From positions 72,795 through 136,794 of the IMG/VR virus record IMGVR_UViG_3300045988_131721: a stretch of 64,000 nt of DNA; one strand, 5' to 3'. The stretch is from a virus. This document shows, piece by piece, positions 23,885 through 34,600 of this stretch. Made by a program: the position numbers and the translations under genes. Below the pieces are notes generated by a model, which was given only the letters and a program-made list of their open reading frames with translations, did not search any database and was not told where the DNA came from. Every line of letters starts with the position of its first letter. Within the stretch, counting starts at the first letter, position 1.

Positions 23885-26800
23885 TTAACTATTTAATATT
23901 GTCCAATAAATAGTATTTCTAATGTTTTTGTCCGTATCATAGAATTTAGTAAAATTAATTAATACGCCATCTCCATTATTCATATAATTTTTAAATGCTG
24001 TTTTGAATCTTGACAAACTACCATTATTGTATGCTATTTTATAAGTGTCAGTAAAACTGTAATTTTTGATATTACTTGTACCCCATTCGATTACATATCC
24101 ATCTAAACGTTTTGGATTAGTCCAATTTGAAGTACAGGCTTGTATAGTAGAACCTGCCACGATATCGCAATCTGTCATGAGGATACCACTATCTGTTGCC
24201 ATAAGTATACCATCTAATTTTGTTTGACTGCCATCTGCATTAGTCCATATTCTTCCATCTAGTTCTGGGAAATACACTAATGTTCCATATGGTAAATTTC
24301 CACAACCAAAAGTTTTACCTATATGAGTTCCTAATCCAGAACGTCCACCTTTATCATTTTCGGTTGCATTGTAGCAAGTACATCTTAATCCTTTAAATTT
24401 ATAAATATATTCATGTCCATTTATAATACCTTGTTCATTGAAACAGTTCTTGTATTCTTCTACGCCATTACCAATATTTGTATTTCCATTAGAAGTGTTT
24501 TTATCAGCTTCAGCTACCTCTTTAATTCTTATAAAGAAATGTTTATTTGTAAAATTAATTTTTTGTTTTAATATACCAGAAGTAAAACCACTCGCATGTA
24601 GAACTGTATTTCCTCCACCACTAATCATAACATGGTGAGTACTAACCGTTGTCATATTACTATCTGTAACATTATAATTAGCGACCATTATAATATCTCC
24701 TTCTTTTAACTTGTCAACACTTTCTTGTCCTGTATATCTCCAAAATTCAGCTCCATGATTTTTACATACAGTTTGTAATGAGCCTGCCGAACATGAAAGT
24801 CCTTTTAAATAGTCTATACCTGCATATTCATAACATACGCCAGTAAATGAACTACAATCATAACCTATTGTTTGATTTAATACAACCCATGAAGGCTGTG
24901 TATATAATTGATTTCCTACATATTCAGTTCTCGATTTAATGGTATTTGGAGCTTTATAACTTATTGTTCTATATCTTTGACTATAATTACTAAGATGGTT
25001 TACACACATTCTAACTATTTCTTCAGCTTTTTCCATAATCTTTTGTCTTATGGGATTTACTCCATTTGTCCCACTGTCTTCATCATCTGGAGGAATAAAA
25101 GAACTTACATTATTTTTGATTTGATATTTAATATTATTTAACAACATTTTACATCCTACTACATTTAAGTCTAATCCATTATAAGTATAATGTGAAGCTA
25201 ATATATTGCTTTCAACCATTCCACCTTGAACTGTTATAGATTTTAATCCTAATTCATTTGCGATTTTTTGTAACATATTATTATAATTTTTAATTTGACT
25301 ATTTAATTGTTCATAGCTATAATCTACAGTTGCATAATTTATACCGACAGGTAATTCATTTGCTACAAATATGTATTTTCCTGTGTATTTAGTTTTTATA
25401 GAATTTAATAATGTCTTTATTTTGCTTATGTCACATAGAGAATCATTGTTTAATCCTAACATAACAACGATAGCTTTTGGGTCTGATGGATAAGTTGTAA
25501 TATCAAAATCTTCAACAATATTTCCAAAATACGTCATTTTTGGGGCTAAATTATATTCCTGTAGATTTTGAATTCTTTTTGTTCCTATAATTAATACTTC
25601 ATCTAAATCGTCTATATTTATTTCTGCCTCTTTACCACTAACTGTAACTGTGCAAGATGCTTTTATTTTAGAATTTTTATTTGATATAGCTGTTATAGTA
25701 CATTTTCCTTGACCTACACCTGTTATTAATCCCTCATTTGATACTTTAGCTATATTACCATCGGAACTAATATATGTTATTGATTGATTCGCATTAGTAG
25801 GAATTACTGTAGGTAATAAATAAACTGATTCATGTTTATCTATTTCTAATGAATTTGTATTTAATCTGATACCTGTAACATTAACATTACTACTATCCCC
25901 CATATCAACTTCTACAACTACTTTACAAGTATCTGTTTTATTACCGTCTTCTGTTATTACGGTTATTATGCAAGCTCCATATCCATTTCCTACTATTACA
26001 CCGTCACTTACACTTGCAATGTTTTCATCACTACTAATCCATATTACATTTTTATTTTTAGCTGTATCTGGTAGTATTGTCGCCTTTAAAATATATTCTT
26101 CATTTAAATTTATATTTAAAGTATGCTGATTTAAATCTACACTTGAAACACTGTCAACGTAAGCTTTATTAGGGGAAAAATCTAAGTCTAAATCCATACC
26201 AGTCATTAATGTACTATTAACTTTATTGTATTTTTGTTTATTCCACAACCATTTATTAACTGATATAATTTTTTTTGTTTCTTTTGATTTTTTTAATAAA
26301 TCAGCAATTACTCTAGTATCTTCTTTATTAGTTTTTTTATTCGAGAAGGTTAAACCTAATTTATTATCTTCATAATTCATAGTCCAACCTGTAAAAAAAA
26401 CTAATTCTTCTTTATCTCTTTCTTTATCGTAAGTAGATATAACGTCTCCTAAACCTAATTGAATTTCTGGACTCAATCTACTTTTATCACCCAACAATCT
26501 ATTTACAAAATTCACTGAATCTATCGAGAATTCTACCGTAGGTTTACATTTAGATTCTAAAATATGTTTTCCTGTTTTTATTAATTCATTAGCATCTACA
26601 AAACTATCATCTGAATATGTATCATAATAAATATAATCTTTTAATTCACTTAATAATTTTTCATCAAATAATAAATTCCCTGCCTCGTCTTCTGATGTCT
26701 CTCTTCTACATAATTTGTTTAATCTATTAATTTTAATATCTAATTCTTTTAATTCTCTTTCTATTTTATATATTTGACTTGAAACAGATTGTAATTCTAA

Positions 26801-27871
26801 ATTAGATACATCTAATTCACTTTTTATATCATCTAATAAATAATATTCTTCTTCAGTTTCCATATCTGTATAACCGTCTATTATATTTTGTAATTGATTA
26901 CATTTAGTCATAAGTATATTTTCTGATGAATCCAATGTAGACAATTCTGAATTTTTTTGTGCTTTTAAACTTACATATTCTTTCCATTTTTCCATTCTTT
27001 TAGGAGTTAATTCTTCAAATAGTTTTAAAGCTCTAATTAATTCTTTGCTCATATCTTCGTTTTCTATAAAATATGAATAATTTTCAATATAATTTAATCC
27101 CGTTGGGTTTGCCTCCTCTACTATACACTCTTCTTCATTACCTTCAAGGATTAATCTAGTTACAATATCAGAAGAATTAAAAGTTTTTTCCAACGATTTT
27201 AAGTAATTATCTTTATTTAAAACTAATTTTAAATCATTCCCAAATCCGTCAATATCATATAGGTTTATTAATTTATTTTTTCTATCAAATATAGGAACAC
27301 AACAAAATTGTTCTGCAATGGTTTCAGTTATAAATGAATAAAAAGAAGTATTTGTTTCTTCTTGCATACGAAGTTTAGGTTCTCCATTATCCATATATCT
27401 AACTGAATCATCTATATGACCCAATCTCCAACCTGTTTGTTGATATAAATATTCATCAAAAGAATAAGTATATGTCTCTTCATCTTTATCTTTTAACATA
27501 AGTCCACAATCTGATAAAGCTATTGTGTTTTTTTCTAATTTTTTTTCTAATCCATAAGCAGTAATTTCTTTTGTATGATTTGATTGATTTTCATTTATTT
27601 CTTTAATCACAAAATATTCACCATCAACACATATTAATCTTTCTGCTATAACTTCATCATATACATAATAATTTACCATCTTCTTTGAGAAATTGTCTCT
27701 ATATCTCAAAGGTATTGTAAAAGTTATCGTATCTACCTCGTCGATATTTCTACTTTCTTCTGTTAAATAAAACATAGGTATTTCTGCAATAACGTCTCCA
27801 TTTAATTTTGTTAATACAATCTCTTGTATTGGTTTTAATTCCTTAATAATTACATCATTCATATCTATCAC
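23885..27871 (-). CDS. tail-associated lysin (Tal) with 2 Big_2 domains, SGNH-like region, NlpC/P60 endopeptidase and C-terminal 3D domain
   Basis: Follows Dit. Has two Ig-like Big_2 repeats (...ATILPD.A.N..V.W.SSD..IA.V...G...). NlpC/P60 signature GYDCSSF...HHVMISGG. 3D-domain-like CTCYNA...G...G...G.LPYGT.VY...ATDSG. The start could be GTG 27871 or ATG 27862. Confidence 0.75.
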   Translation of the reverse strand: MIDMNDVIIKELKPIQEIVLTKLNGDVIAEIPMFYLTEESRNIDEVDTITFTIPLRYRDNFSKKMVNYYVYDEVIAERLICVDGEYFVIKEINENQSNHTKEITAYGLEKKLEKNTIALSDCGLMLKDKDEETYTYSFDEYLYQQTGWRLGHIDDSVRYMDNGEPKLRMQEETNTSFYSFITETIAEQFCCVPIFDRKNKLINLYDIDGFGNDLKLVLNKDNYLKSLEKTFNSSDIVTRLILEGNEEECIVEEANPTGLNYIENYSYFIENEDMSKELIRALKLFEELTPKRMEKWKEYVSLKAQKNSELSTLDSSENILMTKCNQLQNIIDGYTDMETEEEYYLLDDIKSELDVSNLELQSVSSQIYKIERELKELDIKINRLNKLCRRETSEDEAGNLLFDEKLLSELKDYIYYDTYSDDSFVDANELIKTGKHILESKCKPTVEFSIDSVNFVNRLLGDKSRLSPEIQLGLGDVISTYDKERDKEELVFFTGWTMNYEDNKLGLTFSNKKTNKEDTRVIADLLKKSKETKKIISVNKWLWNKQKYNKVNSTLMTGMDLDLDFSPNKAYVDSVSSVDLNQHTLNINLNEEYILKATILPDTAKNKNVIWISSDENIASVSDGVIVGNGYGACIITVITEDGNKTDTCKVVVEVDMGDSSNVNVTGIRLNTNSLEIDKHESVYLLPTVIPTNANQSITYISSDGNIAKVSNEGLITGVGQGKCTITAISNKNSKIKASCTVTVSGKEAEINIDDLDEVLIIGTKRIQNLQEYNLAPKMTYFGNIVEDFDITTYPSDPKAIVVMLGLNNDSLCDISKIKTLLNSIKTKYTGKYIFVANELPVGINYATVDYSYEQLNSQIKNYNNMLQKIANELGLKSITVQGGMVESNILASHYTYNGLDLNVVGCKMLLNNIKYQIKNNVSSFIPPDDEDSGTNGVNPIRQKIMEKAEEIVRMCVNHLSNYSQRYRTISYKAPNTIKSRTEYVGNQLYTQPSWVVLNQTIGYDCSSFTGVCYEYAGIDYLKGLSCSAGSLQTVCKNHGAEFWRYTGQESVDKLKEGDIIMVANYNVTDSNMTTVSTHHVMISGGGNTVLHASGFTSGILKQKINFTNKHFFIRIKEVAEADKNTSNGNTNIGNGVEEYKNCFNEQGIINGHEYIYKFKGLRCTCYNATENDKGGRSGLGTHIGKTFGCGNLPYGTLVYFPELDGRIWTNADGSQTKLDGILMATDSGILMTDCDIVAGSTIQACTSNWTNPKRLDGYVIEWGTSNIKNYSFTDTYKIAYNNGSLSRFKTAFKNYMNNGDGVLINFTKFYDTDKNIRNTIYWTILNS

Positions 27872-28612
27872 CTATATTACTTCTGGGAAACTACAATAAA
27901 TAATTATATTACATTCTCCTTCAACGATTAATTGATTATCTCCTTGTTTTAAAGTAATCCATTTTCTATTACAATCTGATATAGGATAATATCGTTTATT
28001 GGATTTAACTAAACACATTTTATTGTCTATTTTAATAGTTTCCTCTTCAAGTAAATTATTTATTACAAAATCGTTTATTTTTACCTTTTGATTTCTTTTA
28101 CAATTACTTTCAATTACAATTATAGGTTCATAATTTAAGTCTCCACTATTATGTATATCTATTAATTCTTTACCTTTTACTTCTTTTTCTATAATTACTT
28201 TTTTATATGCATATTGACTTAAAGGTTTAAATGTAACTTCTATACAACCTTTAGGTTCACCGTATGTAAATTTTTTTTGTATTTTCGTACATTTTAAATA
28301 ATATACATAATCTAAATTGTCATAAGAAATAAATTCTTCAAAGTCATCACTTACTAACCATTTTTTAATTTCTCTAAAATTTTCACCAGTCCATATTAAA
28401 GGCATTCCGTCTTTTTCTAAATATAATTGTAATGTTATATCTTCGGGTTCTTCTTCTTTTTCATTATATAAATCTAAATTATCTTCTTTTTCTAATGTTT
28501 TATTATATGGAACTCCAAAATCATTTAGAACATCATTATCAGTGGTTAATATACTTAAAAATTTATCTTTAGATTGTTTTCCTTTCCAAATAAAATATTG
28601 ACTTTTAAACAA
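27872..28612 (-). CDS. distal tail protein (Dit)
   Basis: Positioned between the tape measure and Tal, with the right size. TTG start preceded by GGAGGGTG-ATG-TAA. Confidence 0.6.
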   Translation of the reverse strand: MFKSQYFIWKGKQSKDKFLSILTTDNDVLNDFGVPYNKTLEKEDNLDLYNEKEEEPEDITLQLYLEKDGMPLIWTGENFREIKKWLVSDDFEEFISYDNLDYVYYLKCTKIQKKFTYGEPKGCIEVTFKPLSQYAYKKVIIEKEVKGKELIDIHNSGDLNYEPIIVIESNCKRNQKVKINDFVINNLLEEETIKIDNKMCLVKSNKRYYPISDCNRKWITLKQGDNQLIVEGECNIIIYCSFPEVI

Positions 28613-28628
28613 TTACATCACCCTCCTT

Positions 28629-28657
28629 ATAAAAGAGGGCTAATATATTAACCCTCT
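28629..28657 (-). terminator. hairpin plus U-run overlapping the tape-measure stop codon
   Basis: Leftward AGAGGGTTAA-TATA-TTAGCCCTCT followed by TTTTAT, immediately before the Dit SD. Confidence 0.5.
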
Positions 28658-31600
28658 ATAATGATTTATTAACAATATCTTTTAAAGTTTTATTAATCAT
28701 TTCTTGCATGTCATCAAGAACATTTTCATCAACACTTCCTTCAACATTAATATTGATATCACCTACATTTAATGTTTTAGAAGTTGTATCTTTATTCATA
28801 CCTTCTTTATAATTTACATTTCCTAATTGTTTGAATCCAAGTTCTTTAAATATATCTTTATAGTCTTTTAAATAATCCAAAGCTACTTCAAGATTATCAC
28901 ACAATTCTGTTTTAATTGAATCACCTAATATTCCTACTGCGTCTCCACTTGTTTCTGCAAAGTCAATCAATTTATCTTGTAAATTGGTAATATTACCATT
29001 TAAATCAGTAAAAGTATTAGTCATCATCGCATCTTTAACCATTTGTGCTATCTTTTGTTGAGTATAAGTGTCATCTATATTTTGCGTCATATCTTCTTTC
29101 TTTTTATCTAAAGCGTCTAATTGTTCTTGGAATATATTGTCTATATCTTCATCAACCTTATTTTGAACTGTTTCATCTAATTTATCTTGAGCTTCTTTTA
29201 AATCGTCTAATAATTCTTTTAACTTAGATTTACCACTCATAGAATTATCTCGTTTTGCTAATTCTATCTTTTTATTAATAGTGTCAATTTCGTCTTGTTG
29301 TTCTTTTAAATTTTTTGCATAATCATCTTCATCACGTTGTTTTTTATAATCATCTCTTCTTTTTTCTATTAATTCTTTTTCTTTGTCATATTGTTTTTCT
29401 ATAGCGTCTTTACGTTTATCTATTTCATCTTTTATTACATCTGTGATTTTATCTTCTATGTCTTTCACTTTATTAAGTTTATCTTTTTGTAAATCTACTA
29501 TGTTTTTTTGTAAATCAGCATAATTTTTTTCTGCGTCGGCTAAATCGTCATTTATTAAAGAAGTATATTCTTCTAATAAATCATTAACTTTTTCTAAATC
29601 TTCACTGTTTTGAAAACTGTTTAATACTTCGTCTATATTACTTACATTTCCTTCTACATCAAATGTGAAACCATATTTAGATAAACTTTCTTGATATGTA
29701 GGAATCTTATTTTTCATATTAGTCATTAAATCCATTTGTTTAGATAGTTGTTCATTCATAAGTTTTAATTTTTCTTCTGTCAATTTAATTGTATCTACTC
29801 CATTTGAATTTTCTAGTTTAACATCTATTATATCAATTTTATTTCCTAGTATATCGAATTGATTTTTTAATTGAGTTATGGCGTTGCTAAATTTATACAA
29901 TTTATCTTCTCTAGTTAGTTTTTCAATTTCGTCATTATTTTCTTTAATTGTATTTTTCATTTCTTGCCATTGTTCTTCACAACTAAATATATCACTTTGT
30001 TGTATATCATAATATTTATTAGCTAAGTTTGTAAGTTTATCCAATTCTTCTTTATATTTACTAGCTTTATCACTTGCTGTATTATTTGAAGAACCACTAG
30101 AAGAGCTACTCTTAGAAGATTTATCAGCTACATCTTGAAGTCGTTTATATTCTTTTTGCATAGCTAATAATTTTTCTTCATAGTTAGTCATATTCCCATC
30201 TTCATTAAATTTGAATCCTTCTTTTTGAAGTTTTTGTTGAAGTGTTTCTCTTTCAGAAATTAAATCGTCATAATATTCCTTTTGAAGTTTTGCTTGTTCT
30301 TCTAATAATTTATTTTTTTGTTTAAGGTATTTAATTTTTTCAGTACCTACCGCTTTTTCCATTTGTTTATCTAACAATGAAGTTTTCTTAGTTACTGTTT
30401 CAATTCTATATTGCAACTCTTTAAATAGCTCTACAGAGTATTCAATCATATCTAATACATCTTGATATTTAAGACTTATAGGGGTTAAAGCAGTTTCTAT
30501 ATCACCTATGCTATTAAAATCTCTCGTAGCATAGGTACTTATTCCACCAGAACTATCTGAAGTAGGAGTTGTTGTGTTTATATCATTTGCAGTTACTACA
30601 GGTTGTGAAGTCACCATTGGTGTAGCACTTAATTGCTCTACAGAATAAGGATTATCTTCTATATTAGAAAATTCACCTATAGAATCTCCCCACATTACTG
30701 ATTTTCCCTTTCCACTATGGGGAACTTTTGATTTACCTTTTTCTGTATAGGTTAAAGTAGCCATTATTGATATACTTCGTGGTATTTCTTTTATTTGTTG
30801 TTTTAAACTAGCTAATTTGCTTGCTACATCGGCACTATTACTAATTATTTTAATATATTTCTCTGGAATTTTTAATCCTTGCAACGCATAAAGTTGCTGT
30901 AATGCTTGAAAAGCCATTACGGTAACATCTACAACTTTATTTTTTAATTGTATAGCATCTACAGTTCCAAGTTCATCTAATGCGTTAGATAATGCTACTC
31001 CAACTTCAATTTGTTTTTCTGCTGGTAATTGCCCTATTAAGTCCATTATGGTTGCTATGTCACCTTGAGCTAAAGCTTTATCTATTTTTACTTTTATGTC
31101 TTTTTCATCTTTTTCATTTAATAGACTATCTATTTCAGCTTTAGCAGTTTTTATTGTATCTTCACCTAAAACATTTATATGACAACTTGTTACTGCTTCT
31201 GGATGGTTAAATACCCATTGAATCATGTCTTCATAAGATTCTAATTTAGATAAATCTTCAATGTTATTTTTAAAGAATGTTTCAATGTCTTTATCTTTAC
31301 CTCTTAAATTATCCATTAATTTGGCATAATTTTCAACTTGGTCAGTATTTTCTATATTCGCTCTTAAAGTTTTTACTATTTCATCTTTTCCGTCAAATTG
31401 TTTAAAACTCGCAAAAGCGTCATCTATTTTCTTTTTATCGTCATCAGATACAGCATATTCTCCTGTAACAAATAATTTACCTACGTCTATTTTACCTTTT
31501 CCAAATTGTTTATCTACAAGATTTTGAACGTCTTGAATTAAATTATTTCTAGTTTCTTCATCATCTTCTACATAAATTTGAGATAATTTAGCTGTTAACT

Positions 31601-34600
31601 CCATATCGTCTAAAGAAAATTCACCGTCATCCATTAATTTATTAACTAAATCTTTTACTTTATCGGGCAAACTACTATCTTCTAAAGTGGCTTTAACTTC
31701 TTTGATGTTATAAACCATTTTTCCGTCTTTTTCTACTGTATCAAGACCACCTAAATCTTCGAGAAAATTATTGTAAGCATCCCATGTTGCCATTAAATCT
31801 TTAGTTTCTTTATCAGTCATGTTTATGTTTTTACCAAAAGAACGTAAATAAGCATCCATAGCATTTTGAGCCATTTTAGCACTTTCTGGTAATTCCACCA
31901 TACTTCTAGCTACGTCTTCATTTACTCCCCATAATTTAGCTAAAGAAGGGATTAATTTTTCAATTCCTTGTTCATAAGCAGTAATGTCACTTGTGTCCGC
32001 ATATGCTTGTTGTAAATCATACAATTTTCTTATTGATTTATCTATTGTTCCAGAATCAAACATTTTTTTCATATTTGATTCAAATAAACTTTGTTGTCCA
32101 CTTGTTAATTGAGAAAAATCTAATGCGTTTACAACTTCTATCATTTCAGATTGAACATCACTTTTTAACCTACTAAAACCATCGCCCACCTCTAAGGAAT
32201 TTACTATACCTTTATTTATTTTTTGAGATTCCGCACTTATTTTTGCCTCGGCATCTACAACCGCTTCTTTAGCGTTAGCATAGGCATCACTTAATTTAGC
32301 AAGTCTTTCTGAATAATCTTCTAGCCATGCTGAATCACCTGTTTGAGTAAATGTATTGTTAAGTTCACTTTTCTTTTTTCTGATGTTTTCTATTTGTCTA
32401 TTATATTCCTTAATTGCTTGTTTATTGAAAGCCCCATCTTTACCAGCAAATCCTTGTCCTTCATTCATTTTGTCTGTAGCATTTCTTTGTTGGTCTTTAT
32501 ATTCTTGATTCAAAGCCTCTTGTTGTTTCTTGATTAATTTATCATATTTTGCAATTAATTTATCAATATCTCCACCCATTGATAAAATCGGGTTATTATC
32601 TTTATCATAACCCAAGACTATATCTTCTCCACAAATATCAATTATTTGTTGCTGTAACTCTTTAAATCTTTCTTGCTGTTCAGAAGTTTTATCTACCGTA
32701 TCATATAATTTTTTATATTCGTCTCTAATATTTGAAAGATTTGTTTTTGCTTTTGTTGAGCTAGTTACTTTATTATTTAAATTGGTTATATTTTCTGCAT
32801 TTTTTTCTAAAGCGTCATTAAGTCTATTAGCCTCGTCTGTAAAATGTTGAATAACTTTACCTATGCCAAATGATATAAGCATACCTATACCCATATTTAC
32901 AACACTCATAGCTAAATTCATAGCTCCTAAAGCTATTTTTGTCCCTAATGCTTTAGCCTCTACACCTGCTAAAGCACTTCTAACTGCTGTTAATCCAGAG
33001 GCAAATACTCCAGATGATTGACGAGCCTCTTTAAATGAAGTACCTATTCCTCTCATTACATTTATAGTTTTTCCAAGATAACTAGCTTGAAATCCTTCTT
33101 TCATTGTTGCTAAAAATCCTGGATTAGTAGTTCCAATCATTGTAGCACTAGATGCTTGTCGTGTTGCAGTGGCTTGTCCTTCTAACGCAGTAGTTGTACT
33201 CAAAGCTTCAGCTTTTAATCTTCTTTCTTGATTAATTAATGCTTCAAATCCACCACTTCGACTAAATTTTAATGATTGAAAAAGACCAGAAATTGCACCT
33301 GCTATTACGGGAAGTGCTACTCCTGCATCGTCTAATTTTTTAATAATCTTATCTATTATATCTAATACAGTTATACCAATATCTAAAAATTGTTTTGCCG
33401 TATTACCACTTACGGCAGTATTAATTATACTTCTCCATTTTTCTTGCAATAATGTAAGTTTCCCTTGCACAGAGTCTATATATCTCGCATTTTCTTTCAT
33501 TGAACTTCCGAAAGTGTCGCCATTTTCGTATTCTTTTAAGAATTTTTCTGCTTGACTCCAGTTACTCATTATTGCTGTGAAAACGTTCAACTGGTTTTTT
33601 CCTGCAATCGCTTCAGCTACAGAAGATTTACTTTTTTTATCTAATTTATCCCACATTCCTGCTATATCGCCCATGATGTCATAGAAATCTCTAACTTGAC
33701 CATTTGAATCGTGCATATCAATTCCAGTTATTTTTTCTATAGCCATTGCTGTTTTATTCATTGAAATGCTACCGTCTTTGGCACTTGTTTTCCAACCTGC
33801 CATGTTTTGCATGATTGTTTTTAAACCATTACCTAATTTACTTGCATTTTGTAATGGTTCTTGCCCTGCAATTATAATAGCAACCAACTCTTGCATACTA
33901 ACACCTAATGTTTTCGCAACAGAAGATGAACGCATCATTGCTTCAGATACGTCTTTACCTGTAACAGCATAGTTGTTGTTTGCATAGTTGACCATATCCA
34001 TCATTTGCATCATTTTGGTAGTTTCTTTGGTGTTACCTTTGACTTTCATTGTGACTTTATCTAATGAGTTTGCAACACCACCATAAGATGCTAATGTTGA
34101 TTTCAAGTATTTATCTGCATCTGCTTGGCTTGTATCTATAACGTTGGCAAACATAGATGCGTTTTTAGCATATTGTAAAGCTTTGCTGACATTATGGAAA
34201 CCAGATTGTAATGCCTCGGCAGTGGAATCAATTATATCAATACTACTTCTGGCAACCTCTTGACCTGCCTCACTTGCTTTTTGAGTTAACCAATCTAATT
34301 GCTTGGCTGTTCCTGTAAAGGTGTCTGGTGCAACTTTTAATAATTTTTTAATAGCCGTATCTGTATCAATAATAGTACTAGGAATTGAAGATATACCTTG
34401 AGTGATAAGTCTACCAATCATATTTGGTATTGAATACATTGATAACATAGAGGCTAAATTACTGAAAAATCCAGACGTTTTCTTGGTTGCATTTCCTAAT
34501 ATATTCATTGCTTGAGTTGCACTTCTAGCTCCATTAGCAACACCATTTATACCATTTCCGTTAATATTAGATAAACTACTAGAAAAAGTACTCACATCTT

